From NCBI RefSeq assembly GCF_000284455.1, contig NC_017039.1, positions 90,001 to 122,000 on the forward strand: a stretch of DNA of 32,000 bases, given 5' to 3'. Shown here one piece after another: positions 18,479 to 27,868 of this stretch. Each line of letters begins with the position of its first letter. The stretch's first letter is position 1. Source of the stretch: Synechocystis sp. PCC 6803 substr. PCC-P. GTDB lineage: Bacteria > Cyanobacteriota > Cyanobacteriia > Cyanobacteriales > Microcystaceae. Below the pieces are notes generated by a model. It had not been told where the DNA came from. It made no database searches and saw only the letters and a list, made by a program, of their open reading frames with translations. The position numbers and the translations under genes were made by a program.

Positions 18479-19201
18479 ATGGCCTACCGTTTGGTTGTTG
18501 CCCCAGAGCAAATTATCGAGGCTACTGTTACCCTAACCACGGCCCAACTCCACTATCTGCAACGGGTATTGAGACTACAAAAGGGCGATGGCTTTATGGT
18601 GTTGGACGGCGGCGGCGGGGTATGGCGGGCCCAGTTAAATGATTTGGCCCATGGCACAGCCCAGTTATTAGAAACAGTGAGCGAACAGAATGAATTACCT
18701 CTACCCGTCACTTTGGCGATCGCCTTGCCGAAGGGCAGTGGTTTTGAAGAAATTATTCGTCCCTGTACGGAGTTGGGAGCCACAGCGTTTCAACCTTTGT
18801 TGACGGAACGTACCCTATTAAAGCCCAGTCAAAATAAACTTGAGCGCTGGCAACGCATTGTCACGGAAGCGGCGGAACAGTCGGAGCGGCAATGGTTACC
18901 CCCGGTGGCAGCCCCGTTAACGTTTGGGCAATTTGTGGAGAAAGTTGCAGGGCCAGAAACCCTGGCCTTGCTCTGTGTGACCCGTTTAAATAGCCCCATG
19001 CTTGGGGCATACTTGAAACAGAGTAATTTACCAGCCCAAATTGTCTTGGCCACTGGCCCAGAAGGGGGATGGACGGATAACGAAATTTCCCTGGCGATCG
19101 CCAAAGGGTTTCAGCCGGTGTCCCTTGGTAAACGCATTTTGCGGGCGGTGACGGCCCCCACGGTGGCCCTAGCCCAGATCAATGCTCTGTTGGAAAGCTA
19201 A
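18479..19201 (+). CDS. rsmE: 16S rRNA (uracil(1498)-N(3))-methyltransferase (RsmE family)
   Basis: Start chosen at MAYRLVVAPEQ. LTTAQLHYLQRVLRLQKGD, KGSGFEEIIRPCTELG, IVLATGPEGGWTDNEI, LGKRILRAVTAPTVAL are RsmE/SPOUT motifs. Confidence 0.93.
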   Translation: MAYRLVVAPEQIIEATVTLTTAQLHYLQRVLRLQKGDGFMVLDGGGGVWRAQLNDLAHGTAQLLETVSEQNELPLPVTLAIALPKGSGFEEIIRPCTELGATAFQPLLTERTLLKPSQNKLERWQRIVTEAAEQSERQWLPPVAAPLTFGQFVEKVAGPETLALLCVTRLNSPMLGAYLKQSNLPAQIVLATGPEGGWTDNEISLAIAKGFQPVSLGKRILRAVTAPTVALAQINALLES

Positions 19202-19221
19202 TTTTTTTGGCCCTTTTCCCT

Positions 19222-20313
19222 ATGTATAAAGCCATTGCCGATGCCATTGACAGCCAAGACCTGGCCACAGCGGAGCAACTGTTGGCAGCGATGGAGGGGG
19301 AGAGTTGGGAAAATCCCATGACGGCCTATTACCAAGCTCGGCTGGCGGAAGCCCAAGGAAATTTGGATGAGGCGGAGCAAAAATTTCGGCAATTGTTGAC
19401 TACTAGCCATAGTCCCCAACTAGTGGCCAAAATTAGGGCGGGACTGGGTCGCATTCAAGCCCATCGCCAAGCAGAATACCAGGCGGCCATTGAGGACGCT
19501 AAGGCAGATCCAGAGGCCCAGTCGGTGGGCATTTTTGTGTTGGAACCGGTTCCTCCAGCGGAAAAGCAAGCCAAGGCAGTACAGTTTGGCAAAATTATGG
19601 CCATAGACCCCTACACCGCTCGGCTCCAATTACCCAGTCGGGCGTGGCGGCTCTATCGCACCGGGGCGATCGGGGAATTGAACCATTACCATCAGCAATG
19701 TCAGGCCGCAGGGATTCCTAGTTTTTCGGTGGCGTTGGCGGACATTTTGGCGGTGAAAGTTTTCCCGATTTTCCACATTGAAAGTTTGTCCCCAGAGGTC
19801 ACCGTTACCTATCGGATTAGTCGAGAAGAAGAAGGCACTTTTAGTTTTAGTTGGCAAGATGTCAGTCAAATGGTGGAGGGTTTATTACCCATTTTTGAGG
19901 AATGTGTGGATGTGAATATGCGGGGCAAAATCCAGCGCAAAACGGAAATTTTAGATTACGCCCACATTTGTGATTTACATTTACCGCAACAGCAAATTAT
20001 TCTCCGTTTTTGTGACCAAATTTATGAGTTTACCCGGGGAATCAGTCTAGACACTGCTAACTCTAGTAAGGAGAAGCAAGGAACTTCCCACCAACAATGG
20101 CAACAACTGAGCCGCATTTGGCAAACAAATTTACCAGGTAAGCCGGTCTGGAAGGAGTTCAAAGCCTTTGCAGAAACGGCCCTAGATTTTCAGGAATTAC
20201 TCAAATCAGTGGAGCCCCACATTCCCTTTCTACGGCGGGAAGATACCAATTGGGATCGGGCTTTCCATCTCTACAGCACCCTGGCCTTCTGCCGCGATCG
20301 CCGTTTGGAATGA
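19222..20313 (+). CDS. Conserved hypothetical protein with TPR-like N-terminus
   Basis: ORF 19207..20313; ATAEQLLAAMEGESWENPMTAYYQARLAEAQGNLDEAEQKFRQLL has a tetratricopeptide-like pattern. Confidence 0.7.
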   Translation: MYKAIADAIDSQDLATAEQLLAAMEGESWENPMTAYYQARLAEAQGNLDEAEQKFRQLLTTSHSPQLVAKIRAGLGRIQAHRQAEYQAAIEDAKADPEAQSVGIFVLEPVPPAEKQAKAVQFGKIMAIDPYTARLQLPSRAWRLYRTGAIGELNHYHQQCQAAGIPSFSVALADILAVKVFPIFHIESLSPEVTVTYRISREEEGTFSFSWQDVSQMVEGLLPIFEECVDVNMRGKIQRKTEILDYAHICDLHLPQQQIILRFCDQIYEFTRGISLDTANSSKEKQGTSHQQWQQLSRIWQTNLPGKPVWKEFKAFAETALDFQELLKSVEPHIPFLRREDTNWDRAFHLYSTLAFCRDRRLE

Positions 20314-20391
20314 ACAAACCTCCACATTCGTTGACAAGACAATGCAGCCGCATTACCATCGGCGTATAGTTTTATGGGCTGAGGGACCACT

Positions 20392-20724
20392 ATGGCGGGA
20401 ATATTATCCCCATGTTCAGAATCTACCCTGACGGATCGCTATCAGACCACAGTGCCTGACCCGGTTCGCAAAGCCTTGGGGTTGAATAAGCGAGATAAAA
20501 TTTGCTACACCATTGAAGCCGATGGCAGAGTGTGGATTGCCAGGGCTGAACAGGCAGAAAATGATCCGGTGCTGGGGAAATTTTTGGATTTTTTGGCACA
20601 GGATATGGATAAAAATCCTCAGCATATACAAGCGGTCAGTTCTGAGTTGGTTGATCGTCTGCAATCGCTAGTCTCCGATGTTGATGTAGATCTAGATGCG
20701 CCATTGCTGGACGAGGATGAATAG
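20392..20724 (+). CDS. PrlF/SohA-like antitoxin (AbrB/swapped-hairpin fold)
   Basis: SESTLTDRYQTTVPDPVRKALGLNKRDKICYTIEADGRVWIARAE is a typical AbrB-like DNA-binding segment; directly upstream of a YhaV-like ORF (2-nt gap). Confidence 0.82.
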   Translation: MAGILSPCSESTLTDRYQTTVPDPVRKALGLNKRDKICYTIEADGRVWIARAEQAENDPVLGKFLDFLAQDMDKNPQHIQAVSSELVDRLQSLVSDVDVDLDAPLLDEDE

Positions 20725-20726
20725 AT

Positions 20727-21224
20727 TTGCCAATAGATAAGCCTTTATTGATTAATGGGTGGAAGATATTTGCCCATCCCCTATTTCTTGAGCAGGTTGA
20801 AGAACTTGTGGCCCAGGTTGAATATCTGCGTCAAAAGAATCCCAAAGATTATAAAAAGAAAAATGCTACCAAGCGTCTAGCGGCGATCGCCAAATTAGCA
20901 TTTGAGGTTATTCCCCAAGATCCCACCCGCCATGAATATCGACAGGGAAATACCCTTGGAAATGATTATAAACACTGGTTTAGGGCTAAATTTTTTCAGC
21001 AGTATCGTTTATTTTTTCGCTACCACCAAGAAAGTAAAATTATTCTCCTCGCTTGGGTTAATGACGAAGACTCAAAACGTGCCTATGAAAGTAACACAGA
21101 TGCCTATAAAGTCTTTAGAAAAATGCTCGAAAATGGCCATCCTCCTGATGACTGGAATGATTTACTTACCGAGGCTAAACGTGTTGGCGATCGTTTACAA
21201 AAAATTGCCGAAGTTGAGCCTTAA
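20727..21224 (+). CDS. YhaV-like toxin (RelE/ParE-superfamily ribonuclease), TTG start
   Basis: INGWKIFAHPLFLEQVEELVAQVEYLRQKNP...KHWFRAKFFQQYRLFFRYHQESKIILLAWVNDEDSKRAYESNTDAYKVFRKMLENGHPPDDWNDLL matches the YhaV family pattern; paired with a PrlF-like gene. Confidence 0.85.
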   Translation: MPIDKPLLINGWKIFAHPLFLEQVEELVAQVEYLRQKNPKDYKKKNATKRLAAIAKLAFEVIPQDPTRHEYRQGNTLGNDYKHWFRAKFFQQYRLFFRYHQESKIILLAWVNDEDSKRAYESNTDAYKVFRKMLENGHPPDDWNDLLTEAKRVGDRLQKIAEVEP

Positions 21225-21587
21225 TTTTCCCGTCTTTCACACTGGCGATCGCCATTTGGAATCAACAAAAATGTTTTAACAATGTTAATTTTTCTCTCAA
21301 TCTCTCAAGATTGGGGTATTTAGAATCTGATTCCTTCGATATTGAGAACCCAGGTAGACTTCTCAAATATACTCTTTAGTATGTACTTGTGATAATATTG
21401 GGATAGCCTTATTATTATGCATTTCAGTGTACTCATGAAGTTAGAGCAAAATATTTGAGGCAATTCAAACATTTCGTAAAAGTCTAAAATAATGTGATAA
21501 CTATATAATGGATGATAGCTTTAGTATGAAAAACCACACAATCTCCCAGAACCCACAAACTACTTTTATCTACTTGCACATATAATG

Positions 21588-22559
21588 ATGACTGACTATC
21601 CTACCAATTTATTTGAATTATCAACAGGCTTTCTAGACCACAGAATAATAAAAGAATTTTATGTTTATACAGTTTGTATTGAGAGAGGTAGATGGAGCGA
21701 CATTGAGTATGATGTGATACATGATCTACATATAGTAGAATTCAATTCTTTTACAGCTTTGATAAAGATAACAAATCGTGACAAAGTTGAACCAATAATC
21801 ATAGTGCCAAGACAGTACTGGAACCTCATAAGACCTTTCAATAACTTAAAAGAAAAGTGTGAAAGATTTTACACTTTTGATGATCTGAAAGAATCTATTT
21901 ACACAAAATGCTTTGTTAGCGTAGATAGTATAGATAAGATATTTCGTAGTATTCTTACCGCGCAAAAAATAACTGAAGAACAACATAATCAGTTAGAAAA
22001 ATACATAAACACGATTGAGGATTTTTGCAGAATGTTCATGCCAAAATTTGAGTCTATCAATGATTCATTAATGAGTGATGAAGAGTATTCAGAGAAAGTT
22101 TATAAAGAATTTTCATCACCCAGGTATGACTCTAATGAGCAGAATGAGCAGAGGTACAAATACAACTATAAATACGGAAAGGTAGGTGAAATGTATATAA
22201 TGAATAGCATGGCAAGTTTATTTCACCAAATGCATTCAATCGAAGAAAGCATAAAATTTTTGTATGAAAAGAAAAAAAGTGATGAATATATCAAGGAGCT
22301 CTGTGAAAACAAACTAATGGTGACCATAGAAAGTGAATTAAATGTATGCCGAGAACGCCTTAGAGAGTTAAAAAAGAAAAATATTTATATTTCACCAAAA
22401 GTATTCGATGGTCTATATGAAAAATACTTAATGTCAGACTATCAAGAAGAAGACGCTCGATTATATGCTGATTATAGAGAATCTAATCAAGGGCAAGAAT
22501 ATTTTGCCCCTAATGATGACTGCTACCTCCCACTTGTTGATGATGGTCAATACTCTTAG
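21588..22559 (+). CDS. Orphan hypothetical protein, AT-rich, predicted alpha-helical/coiled-coil C-terminal half
   Basis: ORF 21585..22559, codon usage markedly AT-rich compared with neighbours; no family recognised. Confidence 0.65.
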   Translation: MTDYPTNLFELSTGFLDHRIIKEFYVYTVCIERGRWSDIEYDVIHDLHIVEFNSFTALIKITNRDKVEPIIIVPRQYWNLIRPFNNLKEKCERFYTFDDLKESIYTKCFVSVDSIDKIFRSILTAQKITEEQHNQLEKYINTIEDFCRMFMPKFESINDSLMSDEEYSEKVYKEFSSPRYDSNEQNEQRYKYNYKYGKVGEMYIMNSMASLFHQMHSIEESIKFLYEKKKSDEYIKELCENKLMVTIESELNVCRERLRELKKKNIYISPKVFDGLYEKYLMSDYQEEDARLYADYRESNQGQEYFAPNDDCYLPLVDDGQYS

Positions 22560-22853
22560 TTTGAATCATAATTAACACCAAATGATAGCTTGATTAAACT
22601 TTAAACCGAGAGTGCCAAAAAAGCTAACTAAGAACTGTCTGAAATCCTTTATTTTTTCATTGACATAACTTGGATTTAGACAAAATTTAAATCTCTATTT
22701 CAGAAAAACATAAACCACTTTAAAAATAGATAATTTAACTTGATGATCAGACAAACGTTGTTTAATCATTGGTTTTCCTCTCCCCAATCGGAAGGAGAGT
22801 CAATGCGGAAGGCGATCGCCTGGGGATAATATGGGGAGTGGTAATTTTGGGAG

Positions 22854-24188
22854 TTGCAGTTGAAAATCCCTTCCCATCTCTTGAAGAAAGAACAACTAGC
22901 GGTCTATTGGGGCTTGACCCTACTGCCCTTCAACGCCGTAGCGGGGTTACTGCCACTGCTGTTTGCGAGCCTGAGCCCCTGGTTTTTCCATGGCAAAAAA
23001 TTAGCGAGCCTACCCCTGGCCAAAGTGTGGGCCGCCCTGACCCTATGGTTTTTACTGACCACCATCACCGCCCATGACCGGGGAGAAGCCCTGTTGGGAT
23101 TGGCCAACTTTGTGCCCTATTTCATAGTTTTTCTTGCCTTTAGCCAAGTAATTTGCCAATTTAAGCAACTCAATACCCTAGCTTGGCTGTTAACTGCTAA
23201 TACCGTGGTGTTAGTCATCATCGGTTTTGGACAAGTCTATGGCGGCTGGGCCACCCCCAATTGGTTAGTGGCGATCGGTACTAACTTGGTGGCCGGGGGC
23301 AGACCAGAAGGGAGAATGTCTTCCCTATTAATGTATGCCAACCTATTTTCCGCTTGGTTATTGATGGTATTTCCCCTCAGTCTGGGGCTATTGATCCAAT
23401 CCGTCCGTCGTTGGCATTTCACCGCCCCCAGTAACCGCTTCAATCTTCCTCCCCTGGTATGGGCCCTGTTAGTAGCTTGCATCCTAGAGGCGATCGCCTT
23501 AGTGTTGACCGGTTCCCGCAGTGCTTGGGGCATTGGGTTACTAATTGGCATTGCCTACGCCATTTATTTAAGTTGGTACTGGTTAGTGGCCCTGGCTGGG
23601 GGAGCCACTGCCATGGTGTTATGGGCATCCTTTGGCCCCTTTGGCAAAGAACCATTGCGACAGATAGTGCCTAAATATTTTTGGGGCAGATTATCCGATG
23701 AACTTTACCCCGACCGTTACCGCACTGCTCTTCGTAGCACCCAATGGCAATTTAGCTGGGATATGTTCCTGGACCAACCCATTTTTGGCCAGGGCTTGCG
23801 GAATTTTACCCCCCTGTACCAAGCCGCCATGAACGTTTGGATTGGCCATCCCCATAACTTGGTGCTGATGATGTTGGGGGAAACGGGCTTGATCGGCACT
23901 GCGTTAATGCTGGGAGCGGTGGGCTTCATTCTGGCCCAGGGCATGGTGCTACTGATTCACCTCAGTCGTGGTGGCGGTTTTCGCCGTCGGTCCCAACATT
24001 TATTACTGCTGTCCTATGGCATTGCCTTTGCCGCCCTTTGTTTATACAACCTATTCGATGTCACCATTTTTGATATGCGGAATAATGTCTTGGGCTGGAT
24101 TTTCCTAGCGGCGATCGCCGGGGTGAGCCAACGGTATGGAACCAAATTAGCCCAGGGTGATCCGGCAAAATTACAGGTGCCTGGGTAA
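22854..24188 (+). CDS. O-antigen ligase/polymerase-like multi-pass membrane protein
   Basis: Many TM segments; conserved Wzy/ligase loop GRPEGRMSSLLMYANLFSAWLLM, VLTGSRSAWG and FGQGLRNFTPLYQAAMNVWIGHPHNLVLMMLGETGLIG. Confidence 0.85.
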   Translation: MQLKIPSHLLKKEQLAVYWGLTLLPFNAVAGLLPLLFASLSPWFFHGKKLASLPLAKVWAALTLWFLLTTITAHDRGEALLGLANFVPYFIVFLAFSQVICQFKQLNTLAWLLTANTVVLVIIGFGQVYGGWATPNWLVAIGTNLVAGGRPEGRMSSLLMYANLFSAWLLMVFPLSLGLLIQSVRRWHFTAPSNRFNLPPLVWALLVACILEAIALVLTGSRSAWGIGLLIGIAYAIYLSWYWLVALAGGATAMVLWASFGPFGKEPLRQIVPKYFWGRLSDELYPDRYRTALRSTQWQFSWDMFLDQPIFGQGLRNFTPLYQAAMNVWIGHPHNLVLMMLGETGLIGTALMLGAVGFILAQGMVLLIHLSRGGGFRRRSQHLLLLSYGIAFAALCLYNLFDVTIFDMRNNVLGWIFLAAIAGVSQRYGTKLAQGDPAKLQVPG

Positions 24189-24318
24189 AAGTCGTTGCTT
24201 TCAGGTTCTCGATGTTCTGGTCTACCATGGGAAATGTAGCAAGGTGAAATTAATTGCTCAATGCCGGCCATTGCCGATTGACCCTTCCCAATAAACCCCA
24301 TCGCCCTCCGAATTTCCC

Positions 24319-24624
24319 ATGACCTCAACTACCCCAGAGATTGAAGCCCTCGCCGCCGACATTGGTGAACAAATTGCCATTGACGTGGCCAAGTGGAATT
24401 TATTTTTGGCCGAAGCCCATTTGCATATTCCCCTGGCGGAAAGGGTTTATCCCCTGTTGGAGAAAGATGAACTGGGGCGGGCTGGGGTGGAAGCCGCTCT
24501 GAAGGATTTGTCCGTGGCGATCGGTGGGGGCAAAGTGAACATTTCCCTACTGGATGCCCTTTCCAGCACCATGGTTAACCGTTTGCTGACCCTGTTGGAA
24601 GAATATCAAAGTAAGAATTTTTAA
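24319..24624 (+). CDS. Small conserved cyanobacterial protein (DUF3181-like)
   Basis: 101 aa ORF, EIEALAADIGEQIAIDVAKWNLFLAEAHL...; family name from memory. Confidence 0.6.
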   Translation: MTSTTPEIEALAADIGEQIAIDVAKWNLFLAEAHLHIPLAERVYPLLEKDELGRAGVEAALKDLSVAIGGGKVNISLLDALSSTMVNRLLTLLEEYQSKNF

Positions 24625-24689
24625 ACTTTTTCCGCCCTTAAAAGCTAGTAAAAATTCCCATTTGTTCAGTGTTTTTGCCATTGTCCTTA

Positions 24690-24814
24690 GAACGTGTTTG
24701 GAAAGTTTTATTCCGCCCCCTAAATCGACCCACTAAAGCTCCGGCAATAATGGGGGACTTTCACCCAGTTTCCCCCCAAATTTGGGGGGCCAGGGGAGCT
24801 TTTAAAACATGCTC
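24690..24814. mobile_element. MITE-like non-autonomous element or IS remnant with imperfect terminal inverted repeats and TTA duplication
   Basis: Left end gaacgtgtttggaaagtttt; right end reads in reverse complement gagcatgttttaaaagctcc; flanked by TTA at 24687-24689 and 24815-24817; interior has inverted GC tracts (gttccccccaaaattggggggcc-like) and no ORF. Confidence 0.65.
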
Positions 24815-24873
24815 TTAAACCTAGGCAACCTAAGCAAAGATTAAATTTTCATTCACCACCAAGCCCATTAACC

Positions 24874-25272
24874 ATGGCCAGCACCCCCATCCAGAGCGAA
24901 GCTCGTACCGACCTAGAACCTAGCTTTGTCATTCCCCTCGTACTGCTGTTTGGAGCCATACCGATTTTCTTTCTACAGATGTGGGTCGGCCTGGCGATCG
25001 CCGTGTTTGGTGTTTTTTTAATGGTGCAGACCGCCATTATCAAACTCAGCTTTACGGCCACCGCGTTGGAAGTGTACCGTGGGAGCAAGTTAATTCGTTC
25101 TTTTCCTTACACAGAGTGGCAAAACTGGCGAATCTTTTGGGAACCCGCTCCCATTTTGTTTTATTTTAAAGAGGTCAAGAGCATCCATTTTTTGCCGATT
25201 ATCTTTGACCCCGGCACCCTCAAAGCTTGTCTTGAGCGCCATTGTCCCCTCCAGTCCCTACGTGCGGAATGA
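24874..25272 (+). CDS. Conserved cyanobacterial protein with two TM segments (DUF3119-like)
   Basis: FVIPLVLLFGAIPIFFLQMWVGLAIAVFGVFLMVQTAIIKLSFTATALEVYRGSKLIRSFPYTEWQNWRIFW; 4-nt overlap with the next CDS. Confidence 0.75.
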   Translation: MASTPIQSEARTDLEPSFVIPLVLLFGAIPIFFLQMWVGLAIAVFGVFLMVQTAIIKLSFTATALEVYRGSKLIRSFPYTEWQNWRIFWEPAPILFYFKEVKSIHFLPIIFDPGTLKACLERHCPLQSLRAE

Positions 25273-26477
25273 CCCCAGAATTGAATCCTAATTTTCCCGA
25301 AGAAACTACCTCCGATGCTTGGCTGACCCCAGCAGATGCCGGCCAGGATGGTGATGCCCAGGAACCGGCGGAAGATGGGGGAGAAGAAGGAGTAGTGTCG
25401 GAAGAACTGGCCCTGCCTGAGGACTTACCTCCTATGGATGCCATGGTGGCGGCAGTGGAAGAAATGACTCCGGTGGTGGTGCCCGAAACTGTACCAGAAA
25501 CAGAAACCCCAGCCTTAGAGGATTTGGTCGCCCAAAAGACCGCCCTGGAAAAGGACATTGCCGCTCTGCAACGGGAAAAAGCCCAGTGGTATGGCCAGCA
25601 GTTCCAGCAATTACAGCGGGAAATGGCCCGGTTAGTGGAGGAAGGCACCAGGGAATTAGGGCAAAGAAAAGCAGCTCTGGAAAAGGAAATTGAGAAGTTA
25701 GAGCGCCGTCAGGAACGGATTCAACAGGAAATGCGTACCACTTTTGCCGGGGCTTCCCAGGAGTTGGCCATCCGCGTGCAGGGCTTTAAGGATTATTTGG
25801 TGGGGAGTTTGCAGGATTTGGTTTCCGCCGCCGACCAGTTGGAATTAGGGGTGGGGGACAGTTGGGAGTCTTCCTCTACCCATGGGGATGCGATTATTGA
25901 AAATGCCGACCCAACTCCGGTGGTGAGTTTTGCGGAGCAGGGTTTTAGTAGCCAAAAACGACAAATCCAAGCTTTGCTGGAGCAATACCGCACTCGCCCT
26001 GATTATTACGGTCCCCCTTGGCAGTTGCGTCGTACCTTTGAGCCAGTCCACGCCGAACGGATTGAGAATTGGTTCTTTACCCTGGGCGGTCGGGGAGCAA
26101 TCCTCAGTTTAGACAGTCGTTTACAAAATATTTTGGTGGGTTCAGCGGCGATCGCCATTTTGAATCAGCTCTACGGCGATCGTTGTCGGGCGTTAATTTT
26201 GGCGGCCACCCCAGAAAGATTGGGGGAATGGCGACGGGGTTTACAGGATTGTTTGGGTATTTCCCGCAGTGACTTTGGCCCAGACCGGGGCATTGTTTTG
26301 TTTGAATCGGCCAATGCCTTGATCCAGCGGGCGGAAAGATTGGTCGGCGATCGCCAAATGCCGTTGGTGTTGGTGGATGAAACAGAGGAACAAATTGACT
26401 TAGCCCTGTTGCAATTCCCCCTTTTACTGGCCTTTGCACCTAGTTACCAAGTCGGAGGCAGTAACTATTTTTCTTAG
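25269..26477 (+). CDS. Conserved cyanobacterial protein with coiled coil (DUF3086-like)
   Basis: Start set at MTPELNPNF (25269), giving an ATGA overlap with the upstream stop; ALEKDIAALQREKAQWYGQQFQQLQREMARLVEEGT; conserved PPWQLRRTFEPVHAERIENWFFTLGGRGAI. Confidence 0.8.
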   Translation: MTPELNPNFPEETTSDAWLTPADAGQDGDAQEPAEDGGEEGVVSEELALPEDLPPMDAMVAAVEEMTPVVVPETVPETETPALEDLVAQKTALEKDIAALQREKAQWYGQQFQQLQREMARLVEEGTRELGQRKAALEKEIEKLERRQERIQQEMRTTFAGASQELAIRVQGFKDYLVGSLQDLVSAADQLELGVGDSWESSSTHGDAIIENADPTPVVSFAEQGFSSQKRQIQALLEQYRTRPDYYGPPWQLRRTFEPVHAERIENWFFTLGGRGAILSLDSRLQNILVGSAAIAILNQLYGDRCRALILAATPERLGEWRRGLQDCLGISRSDFGPDRGIVLFESANALIQRAERLVGDRQMPLVLVDETEEQIDLALLQFPLLLAFAPSYQVGGSNYFS

Positions 26478-26517
26478 TCCAATCAAAGTCTAATTAGCCC
26501 GGCCATTCCCCTAACTT

Positions 26518-27693
26518 TTAGCCTTGGATGCTGGTCAACTGGGGACAGAGTTGAGCAAAAACTTGTTTAATCGTCCGGGCAGTGGTCTCAATATCCGCCA
26601 TGGTGGTTTCCCGGCCAAAGGTGAGACGAATACCCGCTAGGGCCTGTTGTTCCTGGTAACCCATGGCCAACAGTACTGGGCTGGGATTAAGTTTGCCGGA
26701 ATTACAGGCGGCCCCGGCACTAATGGCAATACCTTCCCGGTTCAAAGCCCGCACCAACTGTTTCCCGGTCAGCCCCGCAGTGCAATGGCGACGGGATTGG
26801 ACAACAAAGCTAACGTGATGGGGCAATCGATAAAGGCGATCGCCAGTGGGGGTCAAAAATTCGCAGTCGGCCAGCAGGTCGAAGCAACGGTCCCGCAGGG
26901 TTTGTAACCTAGTCATTTCCTCGGCCAATTCATGGTGGGCCAACTTGGCGGCTATCCCCAAACCAACAATGGCCGGCAGGGGAGGAGTACCGGATCTTAA
27001 ACCTTGTTCCTGCCCTCCTCCCATGAGTAGTGGGCCAATGGCCAGGTCGGGATGAATGTATAAAGCCCCAGCACCCTGAATACCATAAAGTTTGTGACTG
27101 GAAAGGGAGAGCAGATCCACTGGTAAACGCTTAACGTCCACTGGACAGCGCCCCGCCACCTGCACTGCGTCGGTGTGGAAGGGAATATGTCGTTGCCGAG
27201 CTATACGACCCAATTCTTCGATGGGTTGGAGGGTGCCTACTTCGCTTTGGCCGTAAATAACGGAAATTAGTACTGTATTGCTTTGTATTGCTTGCTCTAG
27301 TTCCAGCGGATTCACCCGCCCCTGGGCATTCACCCCTAATCTAGTTACTTGCCAGCCTTGGTTTTCTAGCCATCGCACTGGTTCGGCGATCGCCGAGTGT
27401 TCCACCGTGGAAATGATTAAATGTTGGGGACTGGGGTAATTGCGGGTGACCCCAAATATGGCTAGATGGTTGGCTTCGGTGCCACCGGAGGTGAAAACAA
27501 TGCTGTCGGGGTGGCTAGCGTTGAGCAGTTGGGCCACTTGCAGACGGGCGGTTTCTAAGGCCAAGGCGGCCCGGTTACCCCAATGGTGCAGACTAGCGGG
27601 ATTGCCCCAACTTTGGTCCAAAAAACTTTGTACGGCGGCCTTTACCTCTTGCCGGGGCGGAGTGGTGGCACTGTAATCGAGGTAAATTTTCAT
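26518..27693 (-). CDS. Cysteine desulfurase, NifS/IscS-like
   Basis: MKIYLDYSATTPPR, FTSGGTEANHLAIFG, ISTVEHSA, SLSSHKLYGIQGAGALYI (PLP lysine in SSHK), GISAGAACNSG (active-site cysteine loop). Confidence 0.93.
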   Translation of the reverse strand: MKIYLDYSATTPPRQEVKAAVQSFLDQSWGNPASLHHWGNRAALALETARLQVAQLLNASHPDSIVFTSGGTEANHLAIFGVTRNYPSPQHLIISTVEHSAIAEPVRWLENQGWQVTRLGVNAQGRVNPLELEQAIQSNTVLISVIYGQSEVGTLQPIEELGRIARQRHIPFHTDAVQVAGRCPVDVKRLPVDLLSLSSHKLYGIQGAGALYIHPDLAIGPLLMGGGQEQGLRSGTPPLPAIVGLGIAAKLAHHELAEEMTRLQTLRDRCFDLLADCEFLTPTGDRLYRLPHHVSFVVQSRRHCTAGLTGKQLVRALNREGIAISAGAACNSGKLNPSPVLLAMGYQEQQALAGIRLTFGRETTMADIETTARTIKQVFAQLCPQLTSIQG

Positions 27694-27868
27694 GGCACAT
27701 TGATCAGGTAACGGATAACACTCTTCCTATGGGATTGATCCCATTGTAATCTTCCTCAACCCTTCGGCGATCGCCTAGCAAATAATTATCATTGCAAACT
27801 GGGCGAAATTTGGCTGATCATTGCCGATAAAATATGGCGATACCTTTATTATTGACTGCTGCCCGTTC

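Noticed and set aside
20392-22559. The orphan ORF 21585..22559 as a third component of the PrlF/YhaV-like operon
   Set aside because: A gap of about 360 bp and a sharp composition shift argue against a single ancestral operon; adjacency only.
22769-23077. ORF 22769..23077 (+)
   Set aside because: Overlaps the N-terminus of the O-antigen-ligase-like membrane protein in another frame; the latter has clear family motifs.
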